From contig CACJQO010000004.1 in the NCBI GenBank assembly GCA_902595565.1, positions 6,847 to 70,846 on the forward strand: a stretch of 64,000 nucleotides of DNA, read 5' to 3'. Positions 19,308 to 30,365 of the stretch are shown one piece after another. This DNA is from an uncultured Pelagibacteraceae bacterium. Lineage in GTDB: Bacteria > Pseudomonadota > Alphaproteobacteria > Pelagibacterales > Pelagibacteraceae. Below the pieces are notes generated by a model. That model was not told the DNA's origin. It did not search any database and saw only the letters and a program-made list of their open reading frames with translations. Each line of letters starts with the position of its first letter. Positions within the stretch are counted from its first letter, which is position 1. Position numbers and translations under genes: made by a program.

Positions 19308-20111
19308 ATGGAACAAAAAAAACCAAATCTTAAAATTGTAGCAGATAAAAAAAGCGCAAGAATGATTTTACCAAATATGTTAACCCTGATGGGCGTATGT
19401 ATTGGTTTAAGTTCAATTCGATTTGCTTTGGACGGTAGATTTGAAATAGCAATTATTGCAATAATTTTTGCTGCTTTGATTGATGGCTTAGATGGAAGAA
19501 TAGCAAGACTTATTAAAGGAACCTCAAAGGTTGGAAAAGAATTAGATTCTTTAACGGATGTAATAAGTTTTGGGGTTGCTCCAGCATTCATTATGTATTT
19601 CTGGAAATTAAATACCTTAGGTCGATTTGGATGGTTACTATGTTTAGTTTATGTAATTTGTGTTGCTTTAAGATTAGCAAGGTTTAATGTTAATTCTAAT
19701 CAGGAAGCTTCCTGGAAAGATAACTTTTTTGAAGGAGTGCCATCTCCAGCTGGTGCAATATTATTGTTAACTCCACTAATAATAAGCTTGAGTGGTTTTG
19801 ATTATATTCAACTAAATTTTAATATCATTGTTCCAATATTTTTTGTGGCAACATCATTGCTTCTCATTAGTAAATTTCCGAGTTATTCATTTAAAAAAAT
19901 TGTTATACCAAGAAGAACAACAATATTTTTATTATTTGGTATAGTTCTATTTTTTGGACTATTGTTAGTTTATACATTTAATGTAATTGCATTAAGTTCT
20001 TTAATTTATGTGCTTTTATTACCAATTAGCTTTTTTCATTTTCAAAAATTAAAAAAACAACATGAAAATGACAAAATTCAAGAGGATGATGATCTTGAAG
20101 ACATACTTTAA
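19308..20111 (+). CDS. pssA: CDP-diacylglycerol-serine O-phosphatidyltransferase
   Basis: DGLDGRIAR...ELDSLTDVISFGVAP and LRLARFN; start taken at ATG 19308. Confidence 0.95.
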   Translation: MEQKKPNLKIVADKKSARMILPNMLTLMGVCIGLSSIRFALDGRFEIAIIAIIFAALIDGLDGRIARLIKGTSKVGKELDSLTDVISFGVAPAFIMYFWKLNTLGRFGWLLCLVYVICVALRLARFNVNSNQEASWKDNFFEGVPSPAGAILLLTPLIISLSGFDYIQLNFNIIVPIFFVATSLLLISKFPSYSFKKIVIPRRTTIFLLFGIVLFFGLLLVYTFNVIALSSLIYVLLLPISFFHFQKLKKQHENDKIQEDDDLEDIL

Positions 20112-21022
20112 TGAAAAAAAATACAATAGTTTCTCTTGCTGATGCTAACTATTTTCCTTTATTAGAGGAATTAATTAATTCTATAAAAAGATTTAAAGAA
20201 AGTGAGAATGTTGCGATCTGTATTTTAGATGCAGGCTTAAACAAAGATCAAAAAGAAAAATTATCTACTAAAGTAGATGAAATTAAATCTGCAGAGTGGG
20301 ATATTGAAGTTCCTCAATCTAAAATTAAAGAAAAGGAATGGCTTAAAAGCCAAGTTTCAAGAGCATTTTTACCTAAATATTTTCCAAACTATGAAAAATA
20401 TTTGTGGATTGATTGTGATGCTTGGGTAAATGATTGGAGTTCTGTTGAGCTTTATTTTCAAGCTTGCGACAATGGTAAGTTGGGTATTACACAAACAATA
20501 GGACCAGGTTACAAGATTACGTCAAAAGTAAATTGGTTATTTGGAAAATTAGCAATAATCAAATCCCAGAATTTTAAACATGCAATAAAATCAAAAATTG
20601 GTACTGATAAAGCTAGAAAACTTGCTTTTGCTCCACATATTAATATTGGCGTGTTTTCTTTAGAAAAAAATTCAAAAGGGTGGAGCTTGTGGCAAAAAAA
20701 TTTATCAGAAACACTAAAGGCTGGTAATATTTTTGGTTCTGAAGGATTAGCAATTAATATGTCCGTTTATATTGATGATCTTGAAACAGAATTTTTACCT
20801 TTAAATTGTAATTGGATCACTAGCAATCTTTTACCGAAATATGATGAAAATCAAAAAACATTTGTAGAACCTTATCTTCCCAATTACAAAATAGGTATAA
20901 TGCATCTTGCAGCTGGAATATGGAAAGATGGTAAAGATATGCGGATAGATAAAAGCATAAAGATAGAATTAGAAACTTTAGATAATAAAAAGATAAATAA
21001 AAGTTTAAGATTTGATATTTAA
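20111..21022 (+). CDS. GT-A fold glycosyltransferase (GT8-like), substrate unknown
   Basis: DANYF, ILDAGL, WIDCDAW (DxD), INIGVF, IMHLA. Confidence 0.7.
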   Translation: MKKNTIVSLADANYFPLLEELINSIKRFKESENVAICILDAGLNKDQKEKLSTKVDEIKSAEWDIEVPQSKIKEKEWLKSQVSRAFLPKYFPNYEKYLWIDCDAWVNDWSSVELYFQACDNGKLGITQTIGPGYKITSKVNWLFGKLAIIKSQNFKHAIKSKIGTDKARKLAFAPHINIGVFSLEKNSKGWSLWQKNLSETLKAGNIFGSEGLAINMSVYIDDLETEFLPLNCNWITSNLLPKYDENQKTFVEPYLPNYKIGIMHLAAGIWKDGKDMRIDKSIKIELETLDNKKINKSLRFDI

Positions 21023-21634
21023 TTGAAAAAAAATAAAATTTCAAAAAATTGGATTAATAAACAAAGAAGAGATACTTATGTTCGTCAATCCAAAGTGGAT
21101 GGTTATAGAGCTAGATCGGCATATAAATTAATTGAAATTGATGAAAAGTTTAAAGTTTTTAAGAGTGGAATTTCTGTAATAGATATAGGTGCTGCACCAG
21201 GAAGTTGGTCTCAATATGCCTCGAAAGTTGTAAAAAATGGAACAATTATCTCGATAGATTTAAAAAAAATGGAAAAAATTAAAAACACTATTCAAATTGA
21301 GGGTGATTTTACAGAGTACAATATTCAAGCAAAAATAAAAAAAAATCTTAATAGTCCAATTGATGTGGTTATGTCTGATATGGCAGTAAATACGACTGGA
21401 ATAAAAGATGTTGATGCAATCCAAACTGGAGAGTTATGTAAAGAGGCGATGATATTTTCAAAAGATGTAATATCTGAAAAGGGTATTTTTATTGCTAAAA
21501 TCTTTATGGGTAGATCTTTTAATGAAATTGTCGCACTAGGAAAAAAAATTTTTAAAGAAGTAAAGGTTTTTAAACCTAAGTCGAGTCGCAAAGATTCTAA
21601 AGAAAGTTTTATTATTTGTAAAAATCTTAGATAG
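21023..21634 (+). CDS. rlmE: 23S rRNA Um2552 methyltransferase
   Basis: YRARSAYKL, DIGAAPGSW, SDMA, KPKSSR..SKE. Confidence 0.95.
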   Translation: MKKNKISKNWINKQRRDTYVRQSKVDGYRARSAYKLIEIDEKFKVFKSGISVIDIGAAPGSWSQYASKVVKNGTIISIDLKKMEKIKNTIQIEGDFTEYNIQAKIKKNLNSPIDVVMSDMAVNTTGIKDVDAIQTGELCKEAMIFSKDVISEKGIFIAKIFMGRSFNEIVALGKKIFKEVKVFKPKSSRKDSKESFIICKNLR

Positions 21635-21671
21635 ACACTTTAAATTTAAAAGGAATCATATATAAAAGATT

Positions 21672-22748
21672 ATGGTTCCTATAAAAGAAGCACTTACCTT
21701 TGATGACGTTACTTTAGTTCCTAAGTACTCTGAAATATTACCCTCAGAGGTTGATACGAGTATAAAATTAACCGACTCATTAAAACTTAAAATCCCACTT
21801 TTATCATCAGCAATGGATACTGTAACTGAAAGCAAAATGGCTATTGCTATTGCAAAATCTGGTGGACTAGGAATAATCCATAGAAATTTAGATATCAAAA
21901 AACAAGTTCTTGAAGTTAGGAAAGTCAAAAAACAAAAATTACTAGTAGGTGCAGCTGTGGGAGCAGGACCTAACGAGTTCAAGAGAGCTGAAGCACTATT
22001 AAAAGAAAAATTGGATATGATTGTTGTGGACACTGCTCACGGACATACCAAAAAAGTTTCTGAAATAATTAGATTTATCAAAAAAATTAAAAGTAAAAAA
22101 ACAGCTCTATGTGCTGGAAATATAGCAACACCAGATGCAGCTAAATTTTTACTCAAATTAGGCGTTGATGTAATTAAGGTTGGGATTGGTCCCGGTTCTA
22201 TCTGCACAACTAGGTTGGTTGCGGGTATTGGAGTTCCTCAATTAAGCGCAATATTAAATGTGAGAAACGGCATAAAGAATAAAAATGTAAAAATTATTTC
22301 TGATGGAGGGATAAAATACTCAGGTGACCTCGCTAAAGCTTTTGCTGCTGGCGCTGATGCAGTCATGATAGGTTCATTGTTTGCAGGAACTGATGAAACG
22401 CCGGGTAAACTCATAAAAAAAAATGGTAAACTATTTAAAAGTTTTAGAGGTATGGGCTCGGTAGGAGCGATGAACAAAGGCTCGGCTGATCGATATTTTC
22501 AAAAAAAACAAAAAGATAGTTCAAAGTATGTGCCCGAGGGAGTAGAAGGATTAGCAAAATACAAAGGTAAAGTTGATAAAGTTATTTTTAAATTAGTTGG
22601 TGGATTAAGATCATCCATGGGTTATCTTGGTTCCAAACAGATTAAATATTTAAGATATAAACCGCAATTTGTTAAAATTACAAAAGCTGGATTTTATGAA
22701 AGTATGGTTCATAATGTCGATATCGTTAAAAGTGATAGTAAATACTGA
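21672..22748 (+). CDS. guaB: IMP dehydrogenase lacking the CBS subdomain
   Basis: [37 protein letters not shown]. Confidence 0.97.
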   Translation: MVPIKEALTFDDVTLVPKYSEILPSEVDTSIKLTDSLKLKIPLLSSAMDTVTESKMAIAIAKSGGLGIIHRNLDIKKQVLEVRKVKKQKLLVGAAVGAGPNEFKRAEALLKEKLDMIVVDTAHGHTKKVSEIIRFIKKIKSKKTALCAGNIATPDAAKFLLKLGVDVIKVGIGPGSICTTRLVAGIGVPQLSAILNVRNGIKNKNVKIISDGGIKYSGDLAKAFAAGADAVMIGSLFAGTDETPGKLIKKNGKLFKSFRGMGSVGAMNKGSADRYFQKKQKDSSKYVPEGVEGLAKYKGKVDKVIFKLVGGLRSSMGYLGSKQIKYLRYKPQFVKITKAGFYESMVHNVDIVKSDSKY

Positions 22749-23188
22749 TGACAAAAATATTTAAATTAATTTCTTTATTATATTTAATAATCAATTGCAT
22801 GAGTATTGCTAAAGCGGATGAAAATTTTTTTAATAAAGGTTTAAAATTATTCAAAGATGAAAAATATGAGGATGCAAGGTTTATGTTTGAAAGAGGAATA
22901 GTATTTAATCCTAAGGACTCAAATTCTTATCTTTATTTAGCAAAAATTTACAACATTCAAGAAGATCAAGATAAAGAAGAAAAAAATTTGGAAGCAACAT
23001 TATTAATTGAACCTAATAACGAGGAAGCAATATTAATGTCTATGAAAATAGCTTTAGAGAGATCTAATTATTCAAAAGTAAAAAATTTATCTAATACTTT
23101 TTCTAAGGTTTGCAAAAAACTCTGTAATGAAAATAAAGAAATTTTAGACACCCTTGCAAATATAGAACCCAAAAAAAATGAGTCTTGA
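22748..23188 (+). CDS. Exported TPR protein
   Basis: Signal peptide and TPR-like repeats ([21 protein letters not shown]). Confidence 0.75.
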   Translation: MTKIFKLISLLYLIINCMSIAKADENFFNKGLKLFKDEKYEDARFMFERGIVFNPKDSNSYLYLAKIYNIQEDQDKEEKNLEATLLIEPNNEEAILMSMKIALERSNYSKVKNLSNTFSKVCKKLCNENKEILDTLANIEPKKNES

Positions 23189-24740
23189 TAAGAATTTGAA
23201 CAAAATCTTAATAATAGATTTTGGTTCACAATTTACTCAGTTAATAGCCAGGCGAATAAGAGAGTCAGGAGTTTATTCCGAAATTATTAGTCATAAAAAG
23301 GTTAAAAATAAAAATATTGATAATTCAATTAAAGGAATAATTTTATCAGGCGGACCATTAAATGTTTACCAAATTAATAAATATTCTTTTGATAAAAGGA
23401 TTATCGAAAATCAAATACCAGTCTTAGGTATTTGTTTTGGTCATCAAATTTTATCAAAACTTAATGGTGGCAGAGTTAAACAATCAAAATATAGAGAGTT
23501 TGGATTAGCAAATATTCGCAAAAAGAGGGAAAGTATTTTGACAAAAAACTTCTTTAATAAAAAAAATATTAATAAAGTTTGGATGAGTCATGCTGATCAA
23601 GTTTCGAAACTTCCCAAAAATTTTAAAGTTATTGCCTCAAGTCAAAACTCGAAATTTGCTATTATCGAAAATAAGAAAAAAAATTTTTATGGTGTCCAGT
23701 TTCATCCCGAAGTTACCCATACAGAAAATGGGAAAAAATTAATAAATAATTTTATATTCTTGATATGTAAAATTAAAAGAAATTGGTCTTCAAAAGATCA
23801 AAAGATTAAATTGATAAAAGATGTTCAAAATTTAGTCGGTAAAAATAAAGTAATATGTGCATTATCAGGTGGAGTTGATAGTAGTGTTGTCGCTCAGTTA
23901 TTGAATAAAGCAATTGGTAAAAAATTATTTTGTATCTTCGTTAACACGGGTCTTCTTAGAAAAAATGAGGAAATACAAGTAGTTAAAACTTTTAAAAAAA
24001 AATTAAAAATAAATCTGATTTATGTGAATGCAGAGAATGAATTTTTGAAAAAGCTCAGCAATGTTTCTGACCCAGAGAAAAAAAGAAAAATAATTGGAAA
24101 TTTATTTATCAAAATTTTTGAAAGATACGCTAAAAGAATAAAAAATGTAAAATTTTTAGCGCAAGGAACGCTCTATCCAGATCTTATTGAAAGTAAGTCA
24201 GTGACAGGAAGCCAAACCTCAAAAATCAAATCTCATCATAATGTAGGTGGTTTACCAAAGAAAATGAAACTTAAATTGGTAGAACCATTGAAATTTTTAT
24301 TTAAAGATGAGGTTCGAAAATTAGGATTAGAATTAAAACTTAGTAAAGAAATTATTTCAAGACATCCGTTTCCAGGACCTGGATTGGCGATCAGAATGCC
24401 TGGCATTATTACTAAAGAAAAAATCAAAATTCTAAAAGAAGCTGACAATTATTTTATTCAAGCTTTAAGAGAGCACAATTTATATAATAAAATTTGGCAA
24501 GCCTATGCTGCATTGCTTCCAGTCAAAACAGTAGGTGTCATGGGTGATAATCGAACTTATGAATATTTGTGTTTATTAAGAGCAATTACATCTGAGGATG
24601 GAATGACAGCTGATTTTTATGACTTCAAAAAATCATTTATTCAAATGATTTCAAATAAAATTGTAAATAGCATAAGAGGAGTAAATAGAGTAGTTTATGA
24701 TGTTACTTCTAAACCGCCAAGCACCATTGAGCTTGAATGA
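23178..24740 (+). CDS. guaA: GMP synthase (glutamine-hydrolysing)
   Basis: [41 protein letters not shown]. Confidence 0.98.
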   Translation: MSLDKNLNKILIIDFGSQFTQLIARRIRESGVYSEIISHKKVKNKNIDNSIKGIILSGGPLNVYQINKYSFDKRIIENQIPVLGICFGHQILSKLNGGRVKQSKYREFGLANIRKKRESILTKNFFNKKNINKVWMSHADQVSKLPKNFKVIASSQNSKFAIIENKKKNFYGVQFHPEVTHTENGKKLINNFIFLICKIKRNWSSKDQKIKLIKDVQNLVGKNKVICALSGGVDSSVVAQLLNKAIGKKLFCIFVNTGLLRKNEEIQVVKTFKKKLKINLIYVNAENEFLKKLSNVSDPEKKRKIIGNLFIKIFERYAKRIKNVKFLAQGTLYPDLIESKSVTGSQTSKIKSHHNVGGLPKKMKLKLVEPLKFLFKDEVRKLGLELKLSKEIISRHPFPGPGLAIRMPGIITKEKIKILKEADNYFIQALREHNLYNKIWQAYAALLPVKTVGVMGDNRTYEYLCLLRAITSEDGMTADFYDFKKSFIQMISNKIVNSIRGVNRVVYDVTSKPPSTIELE

Positions 24741-25510
24741 AAAAAATAAAAAAAATTATAAATAAAAAAAATAAATCTAAAATTGTTTGTCTTACTGCGT
24801 ATTCAAAAAATATTGCAGAAGAGGTAGATAAATATGTTGATATTGTGTTAGTGGGAGATTCGCTAGGTTCAGTATTGTACAATTATTCAACTACCAGAAA
24901 AGTTACTCTAACAGAAATGATCAATCATTCTAAGAGTGTAAGACTTGGAGTAAAAAAAAGTTTAATGGTTGTTGATATGCCATTTAACACTTATTCAACA
25001 CCAAACGCTGCTTTAAAGAATGCTAAAAAAATAATTAAGGAAACCAAATGTGATGCAGTGAAGTTAGAAGGTGGAAAAAAAATAATCCATCAAATTAAAC
25101 TATTAATCAAAAACAAGGTTCCTGTGATGGGACATCTTGGATTATTACCCCAATCGACCAAAGGCAAATTTAAATCTAAAGGAAAGACTACAAAAGAAAT
25201 CAATCAATTAATTAATGATGCTTTATTACTTCAAAAAAACGGAGTTTTTGCAATTGTCCTTGAGTGCATAAAAACACCAATCGCTAAAGAAATTACAAAA
25301 AATTTAAATATTCCAACAATTGGAATTGGTTCATCTGTTCATTGCGATGGTCAGGTTCTTGTTACAGATGACTTAATTGGTTTAAATCAAACAAAAATAA
25401 AATTTGTTAAACAATTTTTAAACGTAAAAAAATATATCAATACTGGATTAAGAAAATATGCTTCAGAGGTGAGATCTAAGAAATATCCAACTAAAAAACA
25501 CTCGTATTAA
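24737..25510 (+). CDS. panB: Ketopantoate hydroxymethyltransferase
   Basis: [37 protein letters not shown]. Confidence 0.96.
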   Translation: MKKIKKIINKKNKSKIVCLTAYSKNIAEEVDKYVDIVLVGDSLGSVLYNYSTTRKVTLTEMINHSKSVRLGVKKSLMVVDMPFNTYSTPNAALKNAKKIIKETKCDAVKLEGGKKIIHQIKLLIKNKVPVMGHLGLLPQSTKGKFKSKGKTTKEINQLINDALLLQKNGVFAIVLECIKTPIAKEITKNLNIPTIGIGSSVHCDGQVLVTDDLIGLNQTKIKFVKQFLNVKKYINTGLRKYASEVRSKKYPTKKHSY

Positions 25511-26118
25511 AAATATTTCTTAAATTGTTCATTGATTGATAAAATTTCTAAGTCCACTAAACCTCCAATTACTAATTGAAGAGCTACTAAAAGAATAAAA
25601 CCTAAACCAACATAGGCAATCCATAAATGTTTTTGAATATAACTTGCAAGATATGTCGCCATCGCTCCTGTTAAAATTACTGATAAAACCAGTCCAAATA
25701 TCATAAATCCAAAATTGCCTTTGGCAGCTCCAACTACACCTATCACATTGTCAAAACTGATTGTAATATCCGCAAATAAAACTTTATAAACACTTTGAAT
25801 ATAAGATGGTTCTTTAGATTTTTTTGTTGGCGATTTTACTTTCTTTATTTCAAAAAGATCTTTTCTTAAATCATTAACGATCCAGATTAAAAGTAAACCA
25901 CCTAAAATTTTAATAAAATAAAATTTAAACAAGTAAGTTGCAAATAACGCAAAAATAACTTTAAATATTAAAGCACCAGCCACTCCCCATAAAATAATTT
26001 GCCTTCTATGTTTTGGTGCAAAGTTTGCAGCGATCAAACCAATGATAATTGCATTATCTGCCGCCAAGATTATATCGATAAAAATAATCTGAACTAAAAT
26101 GAGTGCTTCTTCTAACAA
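25507..26118 (-). CDS. TerC/YjbE family membrane protein
   Basis: DIILAADNAIII, ADITISFDNV. Confidence 0.88.
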   Translation of the reverse strand: MLEEALILVQIIFIDIILAADNAIIIGLIAANFAPKHRRQIILWGVAGALIFKVIFALFATYLFKFYFIKILGGLLLIWIVNDLRKDLFEIKKVKSPTKKSKEPSYIQSVYKVLFADITISFDNVIGVVGAAKGNFGFMIFGLVLSVILTGAMATYLASYIQKHLWIAYVGLGFILLVALQLVIGGLVDLEILSINEQFKKYF

Positions 26119-26231
26119 AGTAAGAGCATAGTATAAAATATTTAAAATAATTCAATTAAAAGTAGTATTATTTTTTTATTGATAATTATTTTAATACATA
26201 ATGAAATAGTCTTAATAAAAATGGAGGACAA

Positions 26232-27203
26232 ATGAAATTCTTAAAATATTTATCAACTATTTTAGTTTCATTAATTTTGTCAATTAATCTAGCAATTGCA
26301 GAGAAATGGGACATGGCTCTAGCTTATGGAGCGGGGAACTTTCATTCTGCAAATGCAGCTGAATTCGCAAAAAATGTTACTGAAAAAAGTGGTGGCAAGT
26401 TAACAATTGTAACACACCCTGGTGGTTCGTTGTTTAAAGGTGGAGAAATTTTTAGAGCAGTAAGAACAGGTCAAGCTCAAATTGGTGAGAGATTTATGTC
26501 AGCTTTAGGAAAAGAGGATCCACTTTTAGAAGTAGACTCTCAACCTTTCTTAGCAACGTCTTACGCTGATGCAATGAAGTTATATAAAGCATCAAAAGAC
26601 GAAATCGTGAAAGGATTAGACGAGAAAGGCTTAGTATTTCTTTATGCTGTGCCGTGGCCAGCGCAAGGCTTGTATAGTAAAAAGGAAATTAATTCTGTTG
26701 AAGATTTAAAAGGTCTTAAATTTAGAGCTTATAATTCTGCTACTATTAGAATTGCTGAGCTAACAGGAATGGCTCCTACAAAAATAGAGGCTGCTGAAAT
26801 TAGTCAGGCGTTTTCTACAGGTGCAGTAGAAAGTATGATCACATCACCTACTACAGGTAAAAACTCAAAAATTTGGGAAAATGGTGTGAAATATTTTTAT
26901 GATATTGCAGCTTGGTTTCCAAAAAATATGATAATTGTGAACAAAGATGCTTGGAATAAATTAGATCAGGCAACTAAAGATCTTGTTATGAAACAAGCAG
27001 CTTTGGCTGAAAGAAAAGGTTGGCAATTATCAAAACAAGGTAACGTTGGTGACAAAAAAGCTTTAGCTGATGCTGGTATGGTAGTCGGTAAAGTAAATGC
27101 TCCACTACAAGCTCATTTTGAAAAAGTTGGAGAGACTATGGCTAAGGAATGGTCTCAAAAAGCTGGTTCAAGAGGAGCTGCTGTTTTATCAAGTTATAAA
27201 TAA
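26232..27203 (+). CDS. dctP: TRAP transporter substrate-binding protein (pyroglutamate-binding type)
   Basis: Signal peptide; SGGKL..HPGGSL, PFLATSY, WPAQG, DLKGLKFRAY; strong SD (GGAGG). Confidence 0.92.
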   Translation: MKFLKYLSTILVSLILSINLAIAEKWDMALAYGAGNFHSANAAEFAKNVTEKSGGKLTIVTHPGGSLFKGGEIFRAVRTGQAQIGERFMSALGKEDPLLEVDSQPFLATSYADAMKLYKASKDEIVKGLDEKGLVFLYAVPWPAQGLYSKKEINSVEDLKGLKFRAYNSATIRIAELTGMAPTKIEAAEISQAFSTGAVESMITSPTTGKNSKIWENGVKYFYDIAAWFPKNMIIVNKDAWNKLDQATKDLVMKQAALAERKGWQLSKQGNVGDKKALADAGMVVGKVNAPLQAHFEKVGETMAKEWSQKAGSRGAAVLSSYK

Positions 27204-27217
27204 TTCAATTCTTAAAA

Positions 27218-27248
27218 TTAAGGCCACTTAAAATTTGAGTGGCCTTAA
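27218..27248 (+). terminator. Intercistronic hairpin between dctP and dctQ (mRNA stabiliser or partial terminator)
   Basis: TTAAGGCCACTTAAA-A-TTTGAGTGGCCTTAA. Confidence 0.75.
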
Positions 27249-27254
27249 ATTGTT

Positions 27255-27737
27255 ATGTTAAAATCACTAGATAGAAATTTAAATAAACTCTATAAATTTT
27301 CAGGTTATGTTGCTGCTTTTTTCTTAATTTTGGTAGCAGTTTTTATTCTTATTGGTATCTCATCAAGAATATTTGGTTTTTATATAAGAGGTCTTGCTGA
27401 GTATTCAGGTTATTGTATGGCTGCCGCATCTTTTTTTGCATTAGCTTACACATTTGTAGAAGGGGGACATATTAGAATTACGCTTTTCTTAGAAAAATTA
27501 TCAGGCACAAAGAAAAAATTTATTGAAACCTGGTGTTTAAGTATTGCAAGCTTTTTTTCAGGATACCTAGCTTTTTACTTCGTTAAAATGTTAATTATTT
27601 CCTATAAATTTCAAGAACGAAGTGAAGGAGCAGATGAAATTTTGATTTGGATTCCTCAAACAAGCGTAGCTATTGGATCAACAATTTTTTTTATAAGCGT
27701 TTTTCATCAATTTATTTTAACCATCAAAAAAGATTAA
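27255..27737 (+). CDS. dctQ: TRAP small permease
   Basis: Four TM helices, GGHIRIT motif. Confidence 0.92.
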   Translation: MLKSLDRNLNKLYKFSGYVAAFFLILVAVFILIGISSRIFGFYIRGLAEYSGYCMAAASFFALAYTFVEGGHIRITLFLEKLSGTKKKFIETWCLSIASFFSGYLAFYFVKMLIISYKFQERSEGADEILIWIPQTSVAIGSTIFFISVFHQFILTIKKD

Positions 27738-29048
27738 ATGACCGAAATACTTTTAACAATTTTCTTTATCAGTGTTTTGCTATTTTTTTTAGGATCCGGA
27801 ATTTGGGTTGCGTTAAGTATGATTGGTGTATCGGCTATTGGCATGATGTTATTTACCTCAAGACCAGTCGGTGATGCGATGGCTACAACGATATGGGGCA
27901 CATCATCCTCTTGGACACTTACCGCATTACCACTATTCGTCTGGATGGGTGAAATTTTATTTAGGACAAAGCTCTCTGAAAATTTATTCAAAGGATTATC
28001 TCCCTGGATGCAAAAATTACCAGGAGGTTTAATCCATGTTAATGTTGTTGGATGTGCATTATTTGCAGCAATTTCAGGCTCTTCAGCAGCAACTGTTGCA
28101 ACAGTAGGCAAGATGTCTATTCCTGAATTAAGAAAAAGAAATTATCCAGAAAAAATCTTACTAGGTAGTTTAGCGGGTTCAGGAACATTAGGTTTGCTGA
28201 TACCACCGTCAATTATATTGATTATCTATGGTGTTGCTGTCCAAGAGTCTATAGCAAAATTATTTATTGCTGGAATTATTCCTGGGATAATGATTGCACT
28301 AATATTCATGTCTTACGTTATTATTTGGTCTTTAATTAATAAAAAAACTATGCCAAAAATTATTGAGGAGTACTCATTTTTTGAAAAAATAAAAAGATCA
28401 AAACAACTTTTGCCAGTAATAATTTTAATATTAGCTGTTATTGGATCGATATATACAGGAATTGCAACAGCCACTGAAGCAGCCTCGTTAGGAGTTGTTG
28501 GTGCATTAATATTATCTTACTTTCAAAAAAGTTTGACATTAAAGACTTTTAAATCCTCTTTACTTGGAGCGACTAAAACATCTTGTATGATTGCATTTAT
28601 CTTAGCGGGCTCAACGTTTTTATCTTTGGCAATGGGATTTACAGGGCTACCAAGAAATCTAGCTCTTTGGATACAAAATATGGATCTATCTCCATATGTT
28701 TTGATATTTGTTTTAATGATTTTTTATATAATTTTAGGAATGTTTCTTGATGGTATTTCAGCTGTTGTTTTAACGATGGCAATTATCGAACCAATGATAA
28801 GACAAGCAGGATTTGATATGATTTGGTTTGGTATTTTTTTGGTAATTGTTGTTGAGATGGCACAAATCACTCCACCTGTTGGTTTTAATTTATTTGTGCT
28901 TCAAGGTATGGCAAAAAAAGATATGGGTTACATTGCGAGGAGCGCATTTCCATTATTCTTACTAATGGTTCTAGCAGTAATATTAGTTGTAATTTTTCCA
29001 GAAATAGCTTTATGGATGCCAGAACAGATGATTAAAAATATAAATTAA
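27738..29048 (+). CDS. dctM: TRAP large permease
   Basis: ALPLF, SGSSAAT, LIPPSI, TATEAA, ITPPVGFNL. Confidence 0.95.
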   Translation: MTEILLTIFFISVLLFFLGSGIWVALSMIGVSAIGMMLFTSRPVGDAMATTIWGTSSSWTLTALPLFVWMGEILFRTKLSENLFKGLSPWMQKLPGGLIHVNVVGCALFAAISGSSAATVATVGKMSIPELRKRNYPEKILLGSLAGSGTLGLLIPPSIILIIYGVAVQESIAKLFIAGIIPGIMIALIFMSYVIIWSLINKKTMPKIIEEYSFFEKIKRSKQLLPVIILILAVIGSIYTGIATATEAASLGVVGALILSYFQKSLTLKTFKSSLLGATKTSCMIAFILAGSTFLSLAMGFTGLPRNLALWIQNMDLSPYVLIFVLMIFYIILGMFLDGISAVVLTMAIIEPMIRQAGFDMIWFGIFLVIVVEMAQITPPVGFNLFVLQGMAKKDMGYIARSAFPLFLLMVLAVILVVIFPEIALWMPEQMIKNIN

Positions 29049-29563
29049 TATTTTGATTTCTCGCCAGCTATAACAGCTTTTAACTGATCATATTCTTCGC
29101 AATTACAACCCTCTAAAACTCCGAGCCTTTCAACTGCAAGATTATGTCTGTTAGTTGCTACATACAATTCACCAAGATACTCGTTAATACCTTTGTGCTT
29201 TGGATTAATAGCTAGACCTTGGAGGTAATATTTTTCACCGTTTTCGAAATCTCCTAGTTTCCTAGTAGTGAAACCTAAGTAGTTAAGAGTATCAGCCTTA
29301 CCAGGTTTTTTTTTGTTAGATTTAATCAAAAGTTTTTGTGCTTTTAAATAAACTTTTTTTGCTTTTTCTGACTTTCCTTTTTTTTCATACTTTTTAGCAC
29401 TTTTTACAAGCAATACAGCTTTTTCATAATTTGTTTTCGTTGCACTTGACCCACCACCATCGTTTCCACTTGATCCACTTGATCCACTAGAGGACGAACC
29501 AGCTGCAAAAACATTTGTTGTGATAAAGAGGGAGATAAATAAAGATAAGATAATTTTTTTCAT
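29045..29563 (-). CDS. Exported TPR protein with Ser/Gly linker
   Basis: Signal peptide; ADTLNYLGF..RKLG, INPKHKG..EYLGELY. Confidence 0.8.
   Translation of the reverse strand: MKKIILSLFISLFITTNVFAAGSSSSGSSGSSGNDGGGSSATKTNYEKAVLLVKSAKKYEKKGKSEKAKKVYLKAQKLLIKSNKKKPGKADTLNYLGFTTRKLGDFENGEKYYLQGLAINPKHKGINEYLGELYVATNRHNLAVERLGVLEGCNCEEYDQLKAVIAGEKSKY
29465..29488. repeat. In-frame 9-bp tandem repeat (about 2.7 copies of TCCACTTGA) encoding SGS
   Basis: TCCACTTGATCCACTTGATCCACT. Confidence 0.75.
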
Positions 29564-29564
29564 A

Positions 29565-30344
29565 TTAAATAAATTTTTTCATTTTGTTTAAAGTTTTTAA
29601 TTCTAAGCCATTTTCAACCAAGTTATCTCTTATCGACTTAGCTGTTGCTAATGAACTCAGATTGTCACCATGTATACAAACAGAGTCGATTTCACAAGGT
29701 ATTTGCTTCCCGCTGTGACAATTAAGCGACTGAGTTTGAACCATTTTTAATACGTGTTTTTTTGCTTGTTCAGGGTCAGTTATTAATGCATGAGATTTTT
29801 TTCTAGATACAAGATTGCCATCATCCTCATAATTTCTGTCAGCAAATATTTCACAAGCAAATTTCATATCCAATTTCTTTGCTGCTTCTTGCATTTTTGA
29901 TCCAGTCGGCACGAGATATATTATATCTTTATTAATATCCTTAATGGTTTGGGCTAAAATTGTAGCTAACTCAATATCCTCACATGCCATATTATTTAAA
30001 GCTCCATGAGGCTTTACATGAGTTACACTTTCTCCATGAGAAGAAGCTATTTTTTGAAGAATTTCGTATTGATCAATTATAAGTTTTTTTATTTCACTTT
30101 CAGAAAGAGTCATTCTTTCTCTGCCAAAATTTTCTGGATCATTAAAAGAAGGATGGGCACCAATACTAACTCCATTTTTTTTAGAAATTTTTACTATTTG
30201 TTTCATGGTTTGCTCATCCCCGGCATGATAGCCACAAGCAACATTAGCTGAATTTACGATTTCTAATAAATCTGGATCATACTTATTGGAGTGATGTTTT
30301 GATTTTTCACCTAAATCACAATTTATATTAATTTCCATACTCAT
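29565..30344 (-). CDS. pxpA: 5-oxoprolinase subunit A (LamB/YcsF)
   Basis: INCDLGE, ANVACGYHAGD, GAHPSF, HVKPHGAL, FADRNY, CIHGD. Confidence 0.95.
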   Translation of the reverse strand: MSMEININCDLGEKSKHHSNKYDPDLLEIVNSANVACGYHAGDEQTMKQIVKISKKNGVSIGAHPSFNDPENFGRERMTLSESEIKKLIIDQYEILQKIASSHGESVTHVKPHGALNNMACEDIELATILAQTIKDINKDIIYLVPTGSKMQEAAKKLDMKFACEIFADRNYEDDGNLVSRKKSHALITDPEQAKKHVLKMVQTQSLNCHSGKQIPCEIDSVCIHGDNLSSLATAKSIRDNLVENGLELKTLNKMKKFI

Positions 30345-30365
30345 AATTTGTAAGTATAACATGGC

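Noticed and set aside
26119-26231. Possible yybP-ykoY (Mn) riboswitch upstream of the TerC-family gene
   Set aside because: The spacer is almost pure A/T with no stems or conserved aptamer motifs.
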